DNA of 64,000 nucleotides from the human T2T-CHM13v2.0 reference genome, Homo sapiens. The position numbers and the translations under genes are program-made. The notes under the pieces were generated by a model. It saw only the letters and a list, made by a program, of their open reading frames with translations, did no database searches and was not told the origin of the DNA. Below, in pieces: positions 58,377 through 64,000 of the stretch (the first letter of the stretch is position 1; each line of letters starts with the position of its first letter). Location: NCBI GenBank assembly GCA_009914755.4, contig CP068257.2, forward strand, positions 41,024,001 through 41,088,000, in the 5' to 3' direction.

Positions 58377-58675
58377 CCACCCAGGAATCTTTTAAAAGGT
58401 ACCAGTTGATGCCCAGACCCCTCAATTAAGTCCAGATTTTTAAGAGATTTTTTTTTTTTAAAGCTCTGCAAGTGATTCCAGCACACAGTCTGGGGACTAA
58501 CCGCTGATATAAGGTCTGGAAAATCTAAGAAACCACTCTACCCCACCCTCTGGTGACCAGAAGCTTATGTCTACCAGACCCAGGGCCTTCCCTTGCTGAA
58601 ACATGCTGGGTAAACTCTTTGTTTCTTCCTAGCAGACAGCAGCCCTCTCCCTCTAGCTCAGAAGCTACGTCAGCA

Positions 58676-58722
58676 GTTGGTTGGTTGGTTGGTTGGTGGG
58701 TTGGTTGGGTTGTGTCTCTCTT
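58676..58722. repeat. (GGTT)n / (GGTTG)n simple repeat
   Basis: 'ggttggttggttggttggtgggttggttgggttgtg'. Confidence 0.85.
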
Positions 58723-61700
58723 TAACTTCCTCCACTTCTGAAGTCACCTGCAGTGACTTGGTGTGGACTTGGTCACCTCACTGTCCCCCCAGCCTCAGGC
58801 CCAGGAACCATGTCTTTGGAGGAGGCTCTCCTGCTGGCAGCTGGTTGCATCTGGCATGCTTGGATTCCTGCAGGTGGCTGGTTGCACCTAGCTTGCTTGG
58901 ATTCTTCCCAGATTCACAGCCATAGGGTGGGCGTTTCATGAAATCTCCAAATTCCAAGGGCTCTTGACAGACCACCTCCATCCTGATCAGAAGGGGTGAT
59001 GCCGGTTGCACGGTCTCTTAGAGCTTAAAACTCTAGCTTCTTCTCTGCTCCTCATTCCAAACTAAACAAATTGTTGCATTGGATTATTCTTTCAAAATAC
59101 TCCTTGCCTTAATGCCATCCTTTAGATTTTGGTGGCTGGCTCCTGGTGTGGACCGCATCTCACAGGTGGACTTCCTGGTTTCTGCCTCCTGTTACCCCTC
59201 ACAGTTATCTCTCCCTTGAGTCCTGCTACCTTCCAGAAAAATAGGCTCCAAACACACTTTCATCCCATCACTCCCAGCATGGAGTTCTCCAGTGGCCTGT
59301 TGGCTACAGGACACTCTCCAGCCCCCCGCATTGGGATGTCTGGCCCCAATCCACCATAATGTACTTGTCTCCAATCTGCTGAGCTGCATGAATGCCCACC
59401 CCAGCCCAGCGGGCACTCCCCTTCTGCAAACCTCCAAGCACATTCCCCCTCTGCACACTGCCAATCTTCCTGTCCCCGCCCCAAATCCAAAGGCCCCTCC
59501 TATGGCTGGGGATCCACTGGCAGCTGCCTAACCCTTCCTATGCTCCTGGACGTTTGGTGCAATCTGGAGCACGCTCAAGCCGGCATTTGAAATAACCTGG
59601 AACACGTTTACATCATGGAAAATATGGAAAATAGGCTGATTGGCTTCCACTCCCTTTTAGAGCTGGCAAGAAAAATAATTGATGACTAAACAACCTAACG
59701 ACCAACAAATATAAAAAGTCATAGCCCAACCATGATCAAATAAGGCTCCAGCATTCCTCCTTGGAGGGACTCTGAGCCATCTGGTGTCATTTTCCTTTCC
59801 AATCCGGGAACATTCTGGAGATCCTGACATCCAGCTAACATGGGCGTTGCTTCCTGACAACCCTACCCCTTCCATTCCCCAGTCACTACTGCTTCAAGAT
59901 GCAGTGGAAGGAGATAAATCAGACACCTCAGTAGCGTGAGTGAAAGTGGGGTGTGTGGTGAGACACATACAGAGGGGAGAGGGCCAGAGGACGGCGCCGT
60001 GCGACACACACCATTGCTCCTTTTGTTCCCGGTTTCGGCCAAGTTGTGCCGCAGGTGACTCTCCACCGGCTGAGCTCTGTGCATGCAGGGCCAGTATTCT
60101 CGGCCATTCTGGCTTAGAGAAAAGCTTTCTATATTCCAGAATGGCTCCAGGCCTCCTCCTCCTCCTATTAAATGTGTTTTAAAAGAGGTCTTAGAGCCCA
60201 GGCAGTTAGATCTTAGAAAAAGACAAATACAGTAGAAGCTGGAGGCAAGCTTATCCTTTCCAAAGAGGGAGTGCTTCCTGTGTTAATTTGTTATTGAGCA
60301 TGATGAAGATTCAGCTCCATTGAGACTGAGCCAAGAGTTGACTCATTCATGGGAGCAACATAACGGGTTGTGAGAAGCCAAAGGATTAAGCATCTGGGAG
60401 CCAAGACTGATCTTGAGTGGCCCAGAAATGCAACCCAAGGATCTTGGGCCCAAGGGCCAGGAAGGTTTCTGCAGCCTCCTGGAGCATTCACAGAGGCTCC
60501 CTGTCCGTCCACTTTTCCCTCTGTTGCTGATGTGATGGCTCCTGCCCTCAGCTTACCAGACTCCTCGGAGAGGCTGGCCTCTGAATTGGTTGAATGGGCT
60601 TGAAGGGGGCTGGACTCCATTTGGGTGGATGAGCAGGCCCAGTGCCCCTGTATGAGGGGAAGTTGTCTTGGTAAGCCTGTTTTTGTGTCAGGTCCCCAGG
60701 ACACCTTCCTCTGAGTCTCTTGCGTGGGAGAAGTTGCTGGACACGCCTCTCTGGCTCTGTCCCCGCCGGCACTGTGTGGGATCCATGCTGTTCTCCCTCC
60801 AGCCCTTGCCCCACCTCCTGGAGCCCTTCTCTGCGCCTGGTCACTACCCGCCCCCCACCTCCAGCATTAATTTTCTAGGGACAAGGGGCAGGGGAAGGAG
60901 GAGAAGAAAGAGTCCTTGCTGCTCCTCAGAGAAGACACAGGAGAAGAAAGTCGGAGAGGAGTGGGGAGCCAGGGTGGCAAAGCCCCTTCCTGCTGCCCAC
61001 GCAGGTCCTGGCTTTCTCTCCACCCACTGCACCATTTCCAGGGCTGCTCTCATGGTGGGAGCCGGAGAGACACTGAGAAGAGGAAGGAAGGAGGATCCAA
61101 GAGGAGCCCAGCACACCCGGCTTCTCTGCTGCCCACCCTCCACTCTGTCCTCCCAGCCCAGGCCCTTCCTAGGCAACCCTGGCACGGGTCCTCACTGGCC
61201 ACACTGAGGCCATCAGCAAAGCACCTGGCCTCTTCACGCCTTGGGCTCTGGGTCTGTAAGGCAGTGAGGCTGAGGTTCCTGGGACAGCTGGGCACTGTGG
61301 ACTTGCCCAGCTGAGCACAGGCATCAGGGGCTAGAGGGGCCCTAGTCCCGATGACGACCGAGTGCCCTCTCCACCTGGGGAGCTTGGAGGACTTTGCTCT
61401 GCACTTAGGGCCACGCTTCAAGCCCAGTGCCTCTTATGACCAAGTCTCTGGGGAGAAATGAGCCCTCCAGTGCCAAATGACCCACCACTAAAAGGCCTTT
61501 TGAGGCAGGGCCTCTCCTGAGCCCACGCAGGCACGTGGTGGGAGATGAGAGGGTGTGGGCTCACTTCTTGACATTCTGTGTGAGTGAGGTCATTCATAGG
61601 GTGAGGGGAGAATCAAGGGGACAGAGGGCCCTCTAGTCCCCAGCACTTGGGCTCAGCTGGCAAGTCCACAGTGCCCGGCTCTCCCGAGAACCTCAGCCTC

Positions 61701-62744
61701 ACCGCCCTACAGACAAAGGGCCCAAAGTGCAGGGAGGTCAGTGCCACACAGGTTTTATTTTTTCACATTATTGGTGTTTAAAATTGTAAAGATTTTCCAC
61801 GTTACCTGTAACCATCAAACCACATGTATTGCCCCCAGTTAATCACCATGAACAGCTTGGTGTGTATACCCCTCCATATTCACTGTGTTTCTTCTTCCAG
61901 GAATGAGCTCATTCTCTATACATCACTCCGTAACTTGTTGTTTTTACCTAGTAAGGAGTCATGGGCGTCCCACCAGGTGAATACTTGCATGTTTGTCTTC
62001 ATCTTCTTAACAACTACCTGACACTGCAGTGTCTCAGTCTGTCTGAACTTAAACAGCTAGACATTGAGTTCTCAGAGTCTGGAGGCTGAAATCCAAGATG
62101 AGGGTGTGGGCAGGTTCTGTTCCTGGGGAGGCCTCTCTTCCTGGCTTGCATACAGCTGCCTTCTGGCTGTGCCCTCATGAGGCAGAGCAAGAGACAGCTC
62201 TGGTGTCTTTGGCCCTTGTAAGGACACCAACCCCATCCCATGGGCCCCACCCTCAGGAACTCCTCCAAACCCAATCACCTCCCAAGGCCCTACCTCCTAA
62301 TCTTACCCACTGGGGATGAGGGCTTCATTATATGAATTTGGGGTGGGGGTGCCTCAACATTCAGACCCCAGCCCCATGGGACCACTAATGTGGCATCCTG
62401 CCTGTGGAGAGATGCACAGACTGACCCATCCAGACAGCACAGTGGAGCACGCTCTTTCAACCCACCTGCACCTGACCACAGTGGGCACTCAGGAAGAAAT
62501 GGGTAGAGCGAGTGAATGAATGAATGAGCAAGTCAAAGACATGAACACATGACATCTGACTGTCTCCCTGTGTGCTTGTGTTTCATTCTGATACATCCCT
62601 CCCTAAATTCATCTGCTGAGACAAAGGATTTTAACTGGTGTTTCTACACTGCTTTCCCCAAGATGTGGCAACCCACACCCCACCAGCAACACCTGTGACG
62701 TCTGCCGCCCTGTGTCCTTGTAGCACCTCTCTTACCAGGTTTCC

Positions 62745-62890
62745 AAATGTTGCTAAACTGCTGGGTCAAGGAATAGCATCTGCCTGGGGTTAGCCTCACT
62801 TGTGTGGATTTTTTCTTACTCCTCTTGGCCACTGACTGCTCCTGGTCTATGCCTGTTCCATTGGCTGCACTGTCCTTCCCTGCCTCTTGG
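62745..62890 (+). repeat. Copy A of an about 135-bp direct duplication (see 63730-63870)
   Basis: 'ggaatagcatctgcctggggttagcctcacttgtgtggattttttcttactcctcttggccactgactgctcctggtctatgcctgttccattggctgcactgtccttccctgcctcttggccagaggctgtc'. Confidence 0.85.
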
Positions 62891-63453
62891 CCAGAGGCTG
62901 TCGTGTGTCAGCGACAGAAACGTTTTGGCTGTCGTCTGCACAGCCAGTATTCTCTCCCCATCACGCTGGGCCTCGTGATGATGGGGGGGTGGGGGTTGAC
63001 ATCACAGAGATCCCAGTGCATTTTCGACTTCATCACTGTCACCATCCTCTCTTGTTCATTTGGGGGATACAGCCGCCATCAGCTCAACAGAGCAAAAGAG
63101 AGGGAGGCCACCTGCATCCACCAGGTGCTGAAATGGGTCCAGGCAGCTGCCAGAGTCTGACATTTCCAACTTGATACAGCACCTGTGATCGGCAGTAGTA
63201 CCCATGACAACATTTATTTAATTGACCAAACACGAACATTATAGAGGAAGGTGATCATTTAAATGATATACTTGAAATTCATCTGAGTAAGGAAGCTGAG
63301 AACAGTCAAAGAAGCTAATTTAAAAAATAAAAAAAAATAAAAAGAACCACCTAATCCGCTGATTTCTAATCATGCCGAGTGCTTATCTCTCCTGCCAGGC
63401 ATACAGCGAGCGCCTTGCAGAGTCTCACAGCGGCACTGTCTTCTCTTTTGCAG

Positions 63454-63497
63454 CACTCCGTACAAAGTGAGACCTGTGGCCATCAAGCAACTCTCCG
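63454..63497 (+). CDS. Coding exon 4: (R)TPYKVRPVAIKQLS(..)
   Basis: Acceptor 'gtcttctcttttgcag|CACTCCG' and donor 'CTCTCCG|gtaaggcc'. 44 nt, phase 2 in and phase 1 out. The frame continues from exon 3, and the gene runs past the window end. Confidence 0.75.
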
Positions 63498-63729
63498 GTA
63501 AGGCCCTGCTGTCGTTTTTTAAACTAAAAGAAGGAAAAAGAAATCTTGAGCTTGCCCCTGTGATAAAATATATACTAGTTAAGCATTTGAATCTAAGCAT
63601 TTGAAATATATATGAGTTACCTTTGAAGCATTTAACTATATGTTAGTTAAGCATTTGAATCTGCATTTGAAGCCGATACAACTGCAGAATCTGAAACCTT
63701 GTACTACTGTAAGGGCTCTGCCTTTCTAA

Positions 63730-63870
63730 CCCCAGGGAGAATAGCATCTGCCTGGGGTTAGCCTCCCTTGTGTGGATTTTTTCTTACTCCTTTTGGCCAC
63801 TGCCTGTTCCTGGTCTATGGCCGTTCCATTGGCTGCACTGTCTGTCCCTGCCCCTCGGCCAGAGGCCATC
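63730..63870 (+). repeat. Copy B of the about 135-bp direct duplication (about 90% identical to 62745-62890)
   Basis: 'gagaatagcatctgcctggggttagcctcccttgtgtggattttttcttactccttttggccactgcctgttcctggtctatggccgttccattggctgcactgtctgtccctgcccctcggccagaggccatc'. The minus-strand ORFs 62644..62832 and 63726..63998 share '(A)KRSKKKSTQ(V/G)RLTPGRCYS', confirming the duplication. Confidence 0.85.
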
Positions 63871-64000
63871 CCAAGGACTTTGCAGTTGCAGGGCGGCATC
63901 CACTCTGGTCTTCCTGGCCCAGCACCTGTCCTCCCCCCTCCACTGTGAGTTGCCAAGGCAGGCATTTGTGGCCCCTGGGATGCCTTGGGGTGCCTCATAC

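Overview
This window reads as primate, most likely human, nuclear genomic DNA. It carries at least 12 Alu SINEs, several with poly-A/T tails and target-site duplications, plus a MaLR-type LTR, a degenerate L1 3' end, many CA-rich microsatellites and an unusual density of minisatellites. None of this resembles a prokaryotic locus, and almost all ORFs in the six-frame track are repeat- or GC-driven artefacts.

The one well-supported coding signal is four short plus-strand exons of a single gene. Exon 1 (CDS 18265-18333) lies inside a CpG island, with a strong-Kozak ATG at 18265. Exons 2 (50642-50712), 3 (52367-52444) and 4 (63454-63497) all have canonical AG/GT splice sites and perfect reading-frame continuity. 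The predicted N-terminus is [87 protein letters not shown]... It has an N-myristoylation-type MG start and a beta-grasp or ubiquitin-like feel. I cannot assign a gene name with confidence, and the gene continues beyond the 3' end of the window.

The rest is intronic or intergenic. Observations worth a second look:
- a possible in-frame alternative first coding exon at 18644-18763 with a consensus CAG|GTGAGT donor;
- a second, intronic CpG island at about 49.47-49.89 kb, followed by a CRE plus E-box block abutting exon 2;
- three different minisatellites (39-, 37- and 31-bp units, the last about 35 copies) packed into 53.3-56.5 kb, plus others at 10.65, 14.45 and 30.57 kb;
- two about 0.9-kb imperfect CA-rich tracts;
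- a 135-bp direct duplication bracketing exon 4;
- AT-rich blocks at 35.3-37.5 kb that retain CpGs and are candidate conserved enhancers.

I see no evidence for a genuinely novel 'system'. The most useful follow-ups are identifying the gene, testing the alternative first exon and promoter, and checking VNTR polymorphism.
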